DNA of 23,757 nt from an uncultured archaeon (GCA_964583985.1 CAZOYD010000006.1:1-23757), one strand, 5' to 3'. Counted from the stretch's first letter, positions 1 through 10,145 are shown. Notes: a model not told the origin generated them from the letters alone. A program made the numbers and translations.

Positions 1-1352
1 AACAAGATCTTTTCTTTTCCGAATTTAAGAATGGGAAAAATAGCTAATTTTTTTAAATTATTATCATCAATCATTTTGAAGTTGTCTAAACAATACGGTA
101 TCAAGTCTTCCTCTTGTAGGTCTATAATGATTTTGAAGATCATTTCTTTCTTATCTAAAATCATGTTAATCTCATTCTTTTCCTCTATCGATATCTCCAA
201 TATTTTTACGAATTCATTTTTCACTTCTTGCCACCCATCGAGTAATCTAGGGTTAGTATTAAAAAACTCTCTGATGAATTCTAATGACCACTTATCACCC
301 TCATTTAATAGATTGATGATCAACTCCGGTGTTATTAGATTTGATTCCTGCATTTCCTCGATGAGATATCCATCAACAATGTGATATTTCTTTACATTTC
401 CGATTATTATATCTTTCCAATTATCTATTTTTTCTTTTAAAACCAAAATCGCTTTTAAGATTTCAGAAATGAAGTTAGGATTATTACTTTCGGTTAATTT
501 TTTTAAAATTATAGAAACAAATTCATCGCTGTTTTTGTATCTCTTTGCAATGAGGTCTAATGAACTATATGGATACTTTAGCGAGCATATAAATTCAAAT
601 GTTTCCTCTTCAAGCCCTAATCCTAATATCGCACCGACCCTGAAAATATTTTCTTGGAGGGCTTTTACATTTTTTATGAAATCTTGATCCGTAATCCTAT
701 TTTCTTTTATTTGAGACAAATATTCTTTAAAGAGAGTGGTGATATCGTTTAAATTTATAACTTCACTCTCTTTAGCTAGATTTTCAAATGCTTTAACCAT
801 TTGATCTTTAAGATGAAAATCTCTCATGCTTGTATTACTGGCGATTCTCAAAATTAAAGATTCCACACTTGGATCTGAAGATTTAGGAATTACTCTTTCA
901 ATTAAATCTGAAATTACGCTGTCCGTCACTTTCTCAAAAGATGAGCAATACTCTAATACTGGTTTTAGAGTTAATTTCGTATCTAATTCGCAAATTCTCC
1001 TAACATGGTGTTCACGTAACGTAGTTCGAAGTTCCAGTGATCCTCCATAATACATGATTTCTCTCTCATCTTTTAAAACTTCTAAAATAATTTCTTGAAT
1101 TTTCTTTATTCTCTCTTCTTGATAGATACTATTTTCCTCTAAAATATGATATAAACCTAAAAAACTCCAAGCTCTCAAGAGTATCTCGTTACTATCAAAC
1201 AACTCGAAGAAGAAATTGAAATCTTTTTTATTAACCAAGGGTTTGAATAAATTTTTATAGGTGGAGGTTAATTCTGCTTTTGGACTCGATTCTAATGGAG
1301 TATATCCCATTCTCAAGGTATTTATTAATTTTTGCTTTGTTGTACTACTCAT
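1..1352 (-). CDS. Hypothetical alpha-helical protein, possibly HEAT/ARM-like solenoid (>450 aa, 3' end outside window)
   Basis: Hand translation of the minus strand from ATG at 1352 (MSSTTKQKLINTLRMGYTPLESSPKAELTSTYKNLFKPLV...FELFDSNEILLRAWSFLGLYHIL...) stays open to position 1. The protein is rich in L/I/E/K amphipathic helices. It is absent from the ORF track because it has no stop in the window. The short + strand ORFs here are its antisense shadows. Confidence 0.85.
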   Translation of the reverse strand, partial: MSSTTKQKLINTLRMGYTPLESSPKAELTSTYKNLFKPLVNKKDFNFFFELFDSNEILLRAWSFLGLYHILEENSIYQEERIKKIQEIILEVLKDEREIMYYGGSLELRTTLREHHVRRICELDTKLTLKPVLEYCSSFEKVTDSVISDLIERVIPKSSDPSVESLILRIASNTSMRDFHLKDQMVKAFENLAKESEVINLNDITTLFKEYLSQIKENRITDQDFIKNVKALQENIFRVGAILGLGLEEETFEFICSLKYPYSSLDLIAKRYKNSDEFVSIILKKLTESNNPNFISEILKAILVLKEKIDNWKDIIIGNVKKYHIVDGYLIEEMQESNLITPELIINLLNEGDKWSLEFIREFFNTNPRLLDGWQEVKNEFVKILEISIEEKNEINMILDKKEMIFKIIIDLQEEDLIPYCLDNFKMIDDNNLKKLAIFPILKFGKEKIL

Positions 1353-1413
1353 ATAGGTTCAATAATTAGTATTTACATTTCTTTTTCAATTTTTCAATGT
1401 AATTATTCCTTGC

Positions 1414-1623
1414 TCAGTCTTCTTTCTCACATTCTGATTTAATTATATGATCGTTTTTTGAATCAATTGTTACCTTGCAGTTAAATTCATCTTCGTGGGA
1501 ATTTCTACAATTGCCTTCAAGAGTTTCTTTAGAAATGCTTATGGTTTTTGGATCCTCGAAATTGCAATTCTTAAATCCCATCTCTGTTTCAAATTTTTCT
1601 TCAATTTTACTTTTATCTTTCAT
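1414..1623 (-). CDS. Small hypothetical protein (69 aa, acidic, 4 Cys)
   Basis: ATG-started hydrophilic ORF on the same strand as, and 61 nt upstream of, the large ORF; no family recognised. Confidence 0.6.
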   Translation of the reverse strand: MKDKSKIEEKFETEMGFKNCNFEDPKTISISKETLEGNCRNSHEDEFNCKVTIDSKNDHIIKSECEKED

Positions 1624-1899
1624 CTAATTACCTTTAGATCACGTATAATTATAATAATAGGAAAATTGGTTAATATTAGTTCTCATTATAATTGAAAGAT
1701 GAATGTTTTAATATTGCAACATTTGGAATTTAATTTTATAAAAAAATAAATAATTAATAGTAGACCAGCTAAAAACCAGAATCATAAACCAAATTCTACT
1801 TTTCTACCTCCTAAATAATTTTGTCGTCATATCAACATCTTAATTTAAAAGGATAAGATTGGTGCAATTTTTTTTAAATAAAAAAATGCTATTATTTTT

Positions 1900-2439
1900 A
1901 TGCATGGACTTGTTTCGTTATTAGATGAAACTCACTATAAAATAGTTGAGGATATTTGGAATGAACTTGAGACTGAATTTGGGCTAAGAGGTATAAGAGT
2001 GACACCTTATCCCCATTTTTCATGGCAAGTGGCTGCAGATTATGAATGGAACCTCGTAGCCGAACAAATGAAAGAAATTTCTGAAAATACTTCACCATTT
2101 ATTGTTAAAACTTCAGGTTTAGGGATCTTTTCTGGAGAATCTCCAATTATTTTTATTGCTGTAATGAAAGATATGAATTTAATGAAACAACATTCGCGGA
2201 TTTTCAATGCAATTGAATCAGTTGCAATTGATATTGTTCCATATTATCATCCTAATATTTGGGTTCCTCACATTTCGTTAGCTTATTCCGATGTTACTGA
2301 AAATAACATTGGTTCCATAATGAAATGCTTGGCATTTAGAAATTATAATTGGAAAATTGAAATCGATAATATAGCATTAATTTATGAGCCTACTAACTCT
2401 ATAGGGCAATTAAAATATAAATACAAATTTAGAGGGTAG
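1900..2439 (+). CDS. 2H phosphoesterase (2'-5' RNA ligase / LigT-like family)
   Basis: Two HxS motifs about 80 aa apart: YPHFSW and WVPHISLA. The 179 aa size is typical. Confidence 0.88.
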   Translation: MHGLVSLLDETHYKIVEDIWNELETEFGLRGIRVTPYPHFSWQVAADYEWNLVAEQMKEISENTSPFIVKTSGLGIFSGESPIIFIAVMKDMNLMKQHSRIFNAIESVAIDIVPYYHPNIWVPHISLAYSDVTENNIGSIMKCLAFRNYNWKIEIDNIALIYEPTNSIGQLKYKYKFRG

Positions 2440-2447
2440 AAAAGATG

Positions 2448-2741
2448 TCATTCTAGTTCTTTTATCAAACCAAGGAAATCTTTATATGGAATGGCAGTCC
2501 AGCTTTCTGCAAAAACAGCTCCTCGTGCTCGTGACAATAATGAAACCTTCGCAGCTTCGTTTTCATTTTTCGCTTCAAAAATATCTATAAAATCATAAGG
2601 TCCAAGAATTGCGTAGTGAGCAATCCATTTAACATCTGGTAGCTTTTCTTTTACTAATTTTAGCCACTTTTCACCCGTTTCTTTCCGTTTCTCCACTAAT
2701 TCAGAATTTTGCAATTTTGTTGCAAGCATGTATATTGGCAT
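2448..2741 (-). CDS. GYD domain-containing protein
   Basis: 97 aa with YAILGPYDFIDIFEA..E.AAK.SL...G....ESWTAIP, the pattern of the GYD family. Confidence 0.85.
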   Translation of the reverse strand: MPIYMLATKLQNSELVEKRKETGEKWLKLVKEKLPDVKWIAHYAILGPYDFIDIFEAKNENEAAKVSLLSRARGAVFAESWTAIPYKDFLGLIKELE

Positions 2742-2795
2742 AATTCAAGTGATGATTCTTGAAAATAAATATTTTTGTCCAATCTTAATGGCATT

Positions 2796-3086
2796 TTAAT
2801 GTCTAATAGAAGGAGTTATGTCACAAGTGCATTGATTAAACTTAAAACCTAAATAAAATATCATCCTTGCCAAATATTCTTTTGAAACTGGTTTAGATAA
2901 GCGTTTGGATTGCTCAGAATCTTTAATTATGGTAATATGATAAAAATTATCAATGAGAGCCGGTTCAAGGTATATGGTATCATTCATTTCATTTCTAATT
3001 CGATATTTATGGGACATATCCATTAAAGGTAAAATGTCACGAAAATTATCATACCTTTTATCCATTAAATCAATTTGAGTACTCAT
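2796..3086 (-). CDS. Hypothetical protein (96 aa)
   Basis: ATG-started ORF collinear with its neighbours, globular-looking composition; no motif recognised. Confidence 0.65.
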   Translation of the reverse strand: MSTQIDLMDKRYDNFRDILPLMDMSHKYRIRNEMNDTIYLEPALIDNFYHITIIKDSEQSKRLSKPVSKEYLARMIFYLGFKFNQCTCDITPSIRH

Positions 3087-3217
3087 GTACTATAATTATG
3101 AAAAAAAATATTTAAAATAAACAGAAGACTAAAAAAAATATCTATTCTTTCTGAAATGGAAATGTTAAAAGAATAGCGGTACATCAATAATTTAATGTCA
3201 TCTCTAAGAGGATATTA

Positions 3218-4627
3218 TTATTTTCGAGCAATTAGAATTAACGCCCTATCTTCGAGAATTTCTGAGATTTTTTGTTTATCGCTTGGATACCATTTGATCG
3301 ATAATATCCATAAAATCACTCCTGGAATGTTGAAAAGCGCGATAAATGACGCGCTGATCTGATAATTTTGTCCAAATGAAGTGATGATGATCCCAGCAAT
3401 CAAAGGGCCCATTCCATATCCGATATGCTCCAAAAATTGATTCCAAGAGGTAATTTGAGCTTGAGCTTCTGGTAAATTTATTTCTTGGAGCACGGGAGGC
3501 TGATTAATCATGTAAAGCGAAGATATACTATAACTTGTTAGAATTAACAACCCCATCATGATTGATGCTGGAAATGAAAAGAAAAAAATAATATTGGTTC
3601 CCTCATCAGTTGAAAAGAATGGTAATGGAACGAAAAACATTAGGAAAAAGGTTATTGAACCTCCTAGTAATGAGAATATAATAAAATGTATGCGTCTAAC
3701 ACTATTTTTTATAGCTACCTTATCTGAGAATCTTGCAAGTATGATTTGACCAAGTATTCGACCAATTCCTCCAAAAATGATGATGAATACTCCAGTGACT
3801 ATAGGTGAAATATTATGGGGTGGGGTTTGAAGATATGGTAAGATAATCATATCTAAACTTCCCATAAATGCATTAGTAAATATCCCTTCCACTAGAGCTG
3901 TTATATTTGTCTTGCTCAACATCGTCTTTCGCATCATTTCTTTATTAAGCTTGAAATCATATTCTATTTTATCATCAGCCAAAACTGTTTGTAATTCTTT
4001 AGTCTGTATTCCTCTCTTTGGTTCTTTTACATAAAAGAAAAATAAAAATCCTGCACAAAAGACCGCTAATCCAATACTGATGAAATAAGCTCGCCAGAAT
4101 CCAAATTGAACCAGTGATCCAGATATTAAAAAGCCTAGCATCATGAACATGGAACCAAATATTGATAGATATCCAAAAAATTTAGAACGATCTTTTTGGG
4201 GTACGATATCATTCGAGATAGATATCATTGCTGGATAACTTCCACCTGCAAAAAAGGCAAATATCAAGATAAATGTAAAAAAATACCACCATGTCGTTAA
4301 TCCTTGACCAGTGATTGCAAAACCAAGCATTATCATGCTAAAACTTCTGAAAAGAGAAATAACAAATATCGTTTTTATTCGAGAATATTTATCAATTATC
4401 CTTCCAAAGATTATACCCGTAATTGAGGAAGCCCAAAAAAGCGATGTTACTAAAATCCCCATTTCTAATGCATGATAATCCTCTGCTGGCCAGAAAAGCG
4501 AGGACAATGGAACAATTATGATGATCAATCCTCCAAATGCTATGGAATTAAATCCATTTACAAAATATAATGGCCAAATGAGCTTATTATAGGATTTATC
4601 GGAATTGATTATAATCGGTTTTGTCAT
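3218..4627 (-). CDS. MFS transporter
   Basis: About 12 hydrophobic segments. Motif A-like FGRIIDKYSR after TM2 and ARFSDK after TM8; DIVPQKDRSKFFG and EINLPEAQA loops. Confidence 0.92.
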   Translation of the reverse strand: MTKPIIINSDKSYNKLIWPLYFVNGFNSIAFGGLIIIIVPLSSLFWPAEDYHALEMGILVTSLFWASSITGIIFGRIIDKYSRIKTIFVISLFRSFSMIMLGFAITGQGLTTWWYFFTFILIFAFFAGGSYPAMISISNDIVPQKDRSKFFGYLSIFGSMFMMLGFLISGSLVQFGFWRAYFISIGLAVFCAGFLFFFYVKEPKRGIQTKELQTVLADDKIEYDFKLNKEMMRKTMLSKTNITALVEGIFTNAFMGSLDMIILPYLQTPPHNISPIVTGVFIIIFGGIGRILGQIILARFSDKVAIKNSVRRIHFIIFSLLGGSITFFLMFFVPLPFFSTDEGTNIIFFFSFPASIMMGLLILTSYSISSLYMINQPPVLQEINLPEAQAQITSWNQFLEHIGYGMGPLIAGIIITSFGQNYQISASFIALFNIPGVILWILSIKWYPSDKQKISEILEDRALILIARK

Positions 4628-4752
4628 GATTATAAAATGAGAGTTAATATTCTAACGAGTTCAAAGAATTATTATTATAGATATATTTAATATAACAATC
4701 ATTCATATTATTTTGCATAATATAATAAAACCACAGAAAATTAGTTTTTAAA

Positions 4753-6531
4753 ATGAAAGTAATAATGGTATTGTTTGATACATTAAATAGACGATTTTTA
4801 CCTCCCTATGGTTGCGATTGGGTTCACGCACCTAATTTTAAACGACTTGCAAATAGATCAGTGGTCTTTAATAATTGCTATTCCGGGAGTTTACCATGCA
4901 TGCCCGCAAGAAGAGAGCATCACACGGGCAGATACAATTTCTTACATAGAAGTTGGGGGCCTTTAGAACCCTTTGATGAATCTTTACCCTCTATTTTAAG
5001 TAAGGAAGGCATATACACTCATCTGATAAGCGATCATTACCATTATTGGGAAGATGGAGGCGCCACGTACCACAATCGATATGATAGCTGTGAACTTATA
5101 CGTGGGCATGAAGGAGATTTATGGAAAGGAGAAGTAAAATACCCAGAAATCCCTCCACACATCACTTCAGCAAAAGAAGGAGGAGCGAATTGGCGTCATG
5201 ATTGGATAAACCGAAAATACATGAAGAAAGAAGAAGAAATGCCCCAAACAAAAACGTTTAAGAATGGATTGGAATTCATTGAAAAAAATTGGGAGGAAGA
5301 TGATTGGTTTCTTCAAATTGAGACTTTTGATCCTCACGAACCATTTTTCGTTCCCCAGAAATATAAAGATCTCTATGATGATGCCTATGAGGGATCCCAT
5401 TTTGACTGGCCTGACTATGGCATCGTTAAAGAAACACCAGAACAAGTAGATCACATCCGAAAGCAATATGCTGCTTCAGTAAGCATGTGTGACAATTCAT
5501 TAGGGAAGTTATTGGATAAGATGGATGAGAAGGATCTATGGAAGGATACCATGTTAATTGTAACTACTGATCATGGGTTTCTTTTGGGTGAAAAAGGATA
5601 TTGGGGTAAAATGATACCTCCAGTTTATAATGAAATTGCCAATATTCCTCTCTTTATATGGGATCCTCGTGTTAATAATTGTGGTCAAAAAAGAAACGCA
5701 CTCGTACAAGCGATTGATATTGCTCCTACCATCCTTGAATTTTTTAAAGTAAAACGACCTATAACGATGCAAGGAATACCGCTAAAAGAAACGATTGATA
5801 TAGACAAAAAAATTAGAGATGGGGCTCTTTTTGGAGGTCATGGTGGACAAGTAAATGTCACGGATGGAAATTACGTTTATATGAGAGGTTCTGTCGATAT
5901 TGCTAACGCTCCTCTTTTTGAATATACCGTAATGCCAACTCACATGAAAGGATTTTTCTCTCTTGACAGCTTAAAAGCACCAGAACTTGCAGAACCATTT
6001 TCATTTACTAAAGGCTGTAAAACAATGAAAATTGAAGAACCAGGCATAGTCTCAAATATTTCTACGATTTATGGTAGTCTACTATTCGATCTGATAAAAG
6101 ATCCTAACCAAGAAAATCCAATTGAAGATCTTGCTTTGGAAACGAAGATGATCAAGCTATTAGCCAAAATTATGAAAGAGAGCGATGCACCTTTAGAGCA
6201 ATTCGAACGTTTAGGAATTCCAAGAGATGAAGATGTTAAAGATTCACATTTACGAGTCAGAGAAAATCGTGAGGGAATCACAAGCATAATTGGCAATAGC
6301 AAAATTACATGGCGAAAAAAGGGAAAAAGCATGTACTCGATGATTCTAGGGACATTTCCTCGAGCCTTCCATGCAAATCTTATTAAATCTTTAGATGCCA
6401 AAATCAAAAAGGAAAACCAATTAGAAATTGATGAAGATTTTTTAGTCGAATTCATTCGAGATTTTATACCTACTCAATATAAGAATTATGTAGAAAAAGT
6501 GATTTTGATGGTTAAACAAAAAGCACGATAG
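4753..6531 (+). CDS. Sulfatase (formylglycine-dependent, Cys-type) with C-terminal extension
   Basis: N-terminal FDTL metal ligand, CMPARR (CxPxR) followed by TGRY, then FDPHEPF, TTDHGFLLGE and IPLFIWDP. Confidence 0.93.
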   Translation: MKVIMVLFDTLNRRFLPPYGCDWVHAPNFKRLANRSVVFNNCYSGSLPCMPARREHHTGRYNFLHRSWGPLEPFDESLPSILSKEGIYTHLISDHYHYWEDGGATYHNRYDSCELIRGHEGDLWKGEVKYPEIPPHITSAKEGGANWRHDWINRKYMKKEEEMPQTKTFKNGLEFIEKNWEEDDWFLQIETFDPHEPFFVPQKYKDLYDDAYEGSHFDWPDYGIVKETPEQVDHIRKQYAASVSMCDNSLGKLLDKMDEKDLWKDTMLIVTTDHGFLLGEKGYWGKMIPPVYNEIANIPLFIWDPRVNNCGQKRNALVQAIDIAPTILEFFKVKRPITMQGIPLKETIDIDKKIRDGALFGGHGGQVNVTDGNYVYMRGSVDIANAPLFEYTVMPTHMKGFFSLDSLKAPELAEPFSFTKGCKTMKIEEPGIVSNISTIYGSLLFDLIKDPNQENPIEDLALETKMIKLLAKIMKESDAPLEQFERLGIPRDEDVKDSHLRVRENREGITSIIGNSKITWRKKGKSMYSMILGTFPRAFHANLIKSLDAKIKKENQLEIDEDFLVEFIRDFIPTQYKNYVEKVILMVKQKAR

Positions 6532-6605
6532 AAAAATGATAACAAATTTCATCAATTCTCTATTTATGATGGTAAATTAAATTGAAATACTAGTACTATT
6601 TTGTT

Positions 6606-6620
6606 AAAAATTTATATATA
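6606..6620 (+). promoter_or_regulatory. Putative archaeal BRE/TATA promoter
   Basis: AAAAA-TTTATATATA about 35-40 nt upstream of the TTG at 6653. The AT-rich background lowers specificity. Confidence 0.4.
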
Positions 6621-6652
6621 ATGAGATCTAAATTAATCTTTGTGAAGTTTTT

Positions 6653-8143
6653 TTGAGATCAAATCGAAAAAGGTTGTATTGGTTTTTGATTTTAATAATC
6701 ATAATTATTTCTGTTAAGATTGACATTGATACTGATTCTGTTGTGCAACAACAAGAAATTAATATTAAATCTTCAAAAATCTCAGGAAAAATTGAAATAG
6801 ATTCAATTCAAGATTGGATAGCCTTAAAAAGTGCCGGATTTTGTACGGGAGTTGGAATTCCTGGGGATCCATATATTATAGAAGATTTAGAGATAGATGG
6901 CAATGGTTATGGAGCCTGTATTACAATAAATTATAGGAATACTTATTTTATAATTCGGAATTGCACGCTTTTCAATGCAGATGAAGCTATAGTGCTACAA
7001 GATATGCAAAATGGAAAAATTATTGAAAATCAAATCCATCAATGTATTCAAGGTATTTATCTTTGGCAATGTAGCTCTAACATTATAAGTGATAATTCTA
7101 TAATTTATTGTAGTGATTCTGGTATATATTATGACGATTCTGATAAGAATATCATTAGTGGAAACATAATAAGCTTTTGTGAATCAGCCATACGATTAGA
7201 TCTTGCTGATAATAACCAAGTTTTAGAAAATACTTTGGAAAAAAATGATCATGGTATAAATTCTTGGATAATGAGCAATAATCAAATTTTAAAAAATACC
7301 ATAAGAAACAATGACATTGGCATTAATATTGGAGAGCAATCCAAATGCAATATAATTCTGTTTAACGACTTTAGTGATAATAGAGTAGATATCTACGGTG
7401 AACAAGAATTATGTTTGGAACACATAATTAATATTTCAATCGGAATCTTATTAGGAATCACAGCAATAACGGCGACAGTAATTCTTGTCAGAAGACGAAA
7501 AAGGGCACCTAAAGAAAGAATTTTTGAAGAAGGGAAAATTGGAATTCAACAAGTACTTTCTCCAACAAAAGATGTAGATATAGAGAAAGCAATTACGGAG
7601 GAAAAACCGGAGAAAGAGGGGATCACAGAAGAAATAAATATAACTTCTGAAGAACCAACTGAAGATGAGGCACTTTTACCCTATGATGTAAACATTGTAG
7701 AGGATATTATTGTTAAGGAAGGCGATGCAGAACAAGCTATTCGATCTAAAGAATTATTTAGGGAAGAAGTTCCTATCCCAAATATGGAAGTCATGAAATC
7801 AGAGTCCATAGTTAAAGAAGAAATAACCGATGAGGTCGAGAAGATAAAAGAGAAAGTCATAGATCGTGAAGAAGTAACTGAAGAAGAAGCATTCGGTAAG
7901 AAGGAGATAATTGAAGAGCAAGAGATAAGTTCTGAAGAATTAGTTGATGAAAAAATACCTCCCTTGCATGAAAAAATAGAATTAGTAGAAGTAGTTAAGG
8001 AACCAGTTTTTGAACAAGAGGAAATTATAGAAGAAATCACAAAACTTCCGACTGGTAATTTAATTTGTCTATATTGTGGCTTCAACAATCCCGATGACGC
8101 GAGTTATTGCTTACAATGTGGTCAGACTATCAAAAAAAGGTAA
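6653..8143 (+). CDS. Single-pass membrane protein: NosD/right-handed beta-helix ectodomain, TM helix, Glu-rich region, C-terminal zinc ribbon
   Basis: Basic/hydrophobic N-terminal signal; CTGxGxxxDPYIIEDLEI cap; repeated GI.L..S..N.I..N.I; TM IINISIGILLGITAITATVILV followed by RRRKR; long acidic tract; CLYCGFNNPDDASYCLQCG. TTG start. Confidence 0.9.
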   Translation: MRSNRKRLYWFLILIIIIISVKIDIDTDSVVQQQEINIKSSKISGKIEIDSIQDWIALKSAGFCTGVGIPGDPYIIEDLEIDGNGYGACITINYRNTYFIIRNCTLFNADEAIVLQDMQNGKIIENQIHQCIQGIYLWQCSSNIISDNSIIYCSDSGIYYDDSDKNIISGNIISFCESAIRLDLADNNQVLENTLEKNDHGINSWIMSNNQILKNTIRNNDIGINIGEQSKCNIILFNDFSDNRVDIYGEQELCLEHIINISIGILLGITAITATVILVRRRKRAPKERIFEEGKIGIQQVLSPTKDVDIEKAITEEKPEKEGITEEINITSEEPTEDEALLPYDVNIVEDIIVKEGDAEQAIRSKELFREEVPIPNMEVMKSESIVKEEITDEVEKIKEKVIDREEVTEEEAFGKKEIIEEQEISSEELVDEKIPPLHEKIELVEVVKEPVFEQEEIIEEITKLPTGNLICLYCGFNNPDDASYCLQCGQTIKKR

Positions 8144-8238
8144 AACTTTTCGTTTTTATCGAAACTCCAACATCATTTCATATTAATATAAAAATAAGGT
8201 ATAAGAAAAGCTCTTTCCGAGAACAATATTCAAATTAT

Positions 8239-8364
8239 GGGGCTCTAAATCAATTGATTCAATCTTTAGGAGATGACGATTTTGAGGTAAGAAAAGAAAT
8301 CGAAAAAGCGCTTAAAATCATAGAACCTGAATGGATGAACCTCTTATCATTCCTTACCTTTTAA
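8239..8364 (+). pseudogene. Isolated HEAT (PBS-lyase-like) repeat remnant
   Basis: GALNQLIQSLGDDDFEVRKEIEKALKIIEPEW fits the HEAT-repeat pattern. It has no credible start; the listed ORF start overlaps the upstream gene. Confidence 0.5.
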
Positions 8365-8448
8365 GAATTAAATTTTGAAAGTAAAATCAACCTAACTTTA
8401 ATACTGATTGCTTCATTAAATTTCATTAAGATCTATTAAAATTTTAAT

Positions 8449-9714
8449 GTGAAAGCATTGATAGATGAAAAATTAAACAATTACATGCATCAGTTTATAG
8501 AAAAAATATGTAATGATGTTGGTCCAAGAGAATCGGGCACAGAACAAGAACTGCAAGCAGGAGATATTATAGAACAAGAATTTAAGCAATTTTGTAATGA
8601 AACCCATCAAGAAGAATATGTGAGTAGTCCTCATGCCTTTTTAGGTGGGATACGCTATGGAGCATTAATAGTTTGTGTATCAATAATTTTATATTGGATG
8701 AGTTTGCTAATCGACTTGAATCTAATTCTCCTCGCTGAAGAATACAGTGGAATTTTCTTACTTATTGCCATAATATTGATTATTTTTACAATAAGTTATT
8801 TCATTCTTGAAGTCATGAAGTATTATGAAACGTATGATTTTATGTTTCCAAAGAGAACCTCAAGAAATGTTATTGGAACAATTGAACCTAAAGGGGAAAT
8901 TAAACATAGCATAATTTTTTCAGCTCATCATGATTCTGCATTTGAATTCAATACGTTTTATTATTTGAAACGTTTTGGCCAAATCATTATCAACGTAGGA
9001 TACATAGCAGTAGGAATTACTTTAATAGGAATATTAATAAAATTTATATTTTTTCTGCTGAAAATCGAACTATCTCTCTTATTTTTCGTCTTTGGAATTA
9101 TTTTCATTTGTTTCTTACCTATAGTTTTGGTTTACGTTTTATTCCACAGCTATAAGCCAGTTTTAGGAGCATTTGATAATCTTTCTGGGGTTTCTATTGT
9201 TCTGGGAATTGGAAAATATTTACATGAACATAAAGATGATGATAAGATTTATCCTAAGCACACAAAAATACATTTAATTTCTTTTGCAGGAGAAGAAGCT
9301 GGTTTAAGAGGAGCAAAACGTTACGTAAAAGCACATTACGAAGAATTGAAGAATGATAAGACGATTATCGTAAACATGGATGGTATAGCCAAAAAAAATA
9401 CTTTTGTAATACTTGATAAAGAACCAGGTATTGGAACAAAACACGATCCAATGATTTATGAGCCAATTTATGAGATAGCAAAAGAAATTAATCCTAAAGC
9501 GAAGATTGCCTCTTTATCATTTGGAGCAACTGATGCTGCTGCTTTTAGTAAAAAAAATATACCTGCAGCTTCACTTGGTGGATTAGATCTTGGATCGGAG
9601 TTAGCACCATATTATCATACACGCTTTGATACGCCTGACGTCATTGAAAAAGAAGCTTTGGGTCAAATGACCGAACTTTGCTTGAGATATTTGATAAAAC
9701 TTGATAACGAATAA
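8449..9714 (+). CDS. Membrane-embedded M28 family zinc metallopeptidase
   Basis: GPRESGT, RNVIG, SAHHDS, GAFDNLSGV, GEEAGLRGA, NMDG, TD and YYHTRFDT motifs, with two pairs of TM helices inserted. Confidence 0.93.
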   Translation: MKALIDEKLNNYMHQFIEKICNDVGPRESGTEQELQAGDIIEQEFKQFCNETHQEEYVSSPHAFLGGIRYGALIVCVSIILYWMSLLIDLNLILLAEEYSGIFLLIAIILIIFTISYFILEVMKYYETYDFMFPKRTSRNVIGTIEPKGEIKHSIIFSAHHDSAFEFNTFYYLKRFGQIIINVGYIAVGITLIGILIKFIFFLLKIELSLLFFVFGIIFICFLPIVLVYVLFHSYKPVLGAFDNLSGVSIVLGIGKYLHEHKDDDKIYPKHTKIHLISFAGEEAGLRGAKRYVKAHYEELKNDKTIIVNMDGIAKKNTFVILDKEPGIGTKHDPMIYEPIYEIAKEINPKAKIASLSFGATDAAAFSKKNIPAASLGGLDLGSELAPYYHTRFDTPDVIEKEALGQMTELCLRYLIKLDNE

Positions 9715-9722
9715 AATAACTA

Positions 9723-10145
9723 TTATTTTTTCTTTCTATTTTTCTGTTCATAAAGCAATATGATCTTCCTAATGTAGTCATTAATCTTATCTGATATTAT
9801 TTCTGTCCTTGAATTTTTATTTACAAACAGAACTAAAAAAGTTTCATCATTTACCTCAATAATTATGATTACATGAGACTTTAATTCAGTTATTATTTTT
9901 TTAAGCACTAAATCCCCGGATGATTTACCTAAACTAGAAGCACTTTCTAGAACGGAAGCACACATTGAAGAAAATACGGATTTATCTAATGGAGCATTTA
10001 AATTATCAGTAATTAAACTTCCTTCCTTATAAGCAAAGAGAACACCGTTTAAATTTCCTTTCTCTTTGATTTCATCTATTATTGACTTAAAATCCTTAAC
10101 TTTTTGTTGTTCTGAAGACTCATTTGACATATTTATATCTTTCAT
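9723..10145 (-). CDS. Roadblock/LC7 domain protein (divergent)
   Basis: Helix, GVLFAYKEGSLI, FSSMCASVLESASSLG helix, then three beta strands and a terminal helix. The start may be the second ATG (10130). Confidence 0.85.
   Translation of the reverse strand: MKDINMSNESSEQQKVKDFKSIIDEIKEKGNLNGVLFAYKEGSLITDNLNAPLDKSVFSSMCASVLESASSLGKSSGDLVLKKIITELKSHVIIIIEVNDETFLVLFVNKNSRTEIISDKINDYIRKIILLYEQKNRKKK

Noticed and set aside
31-1050. Three + strand ORFs (31-384, 469-687, 826-1050)
   Set aside because: Ser/Phe/Ile-rich antisense shadows of the long minus-strand ORF 1-1352.
1363-1416. Possible TGA read-through (selenocysteine) of the 69-aa ORF
   Set aside because: The extension is only about 15 codons, with no redox motif and no SECIS seen.
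1900-2741. 2H phosphoesterase and GYD genes as a defence or anti-defence pair
   Set aside because: They are convergent, and no cyclase, nuclease or mobile-element context is present.
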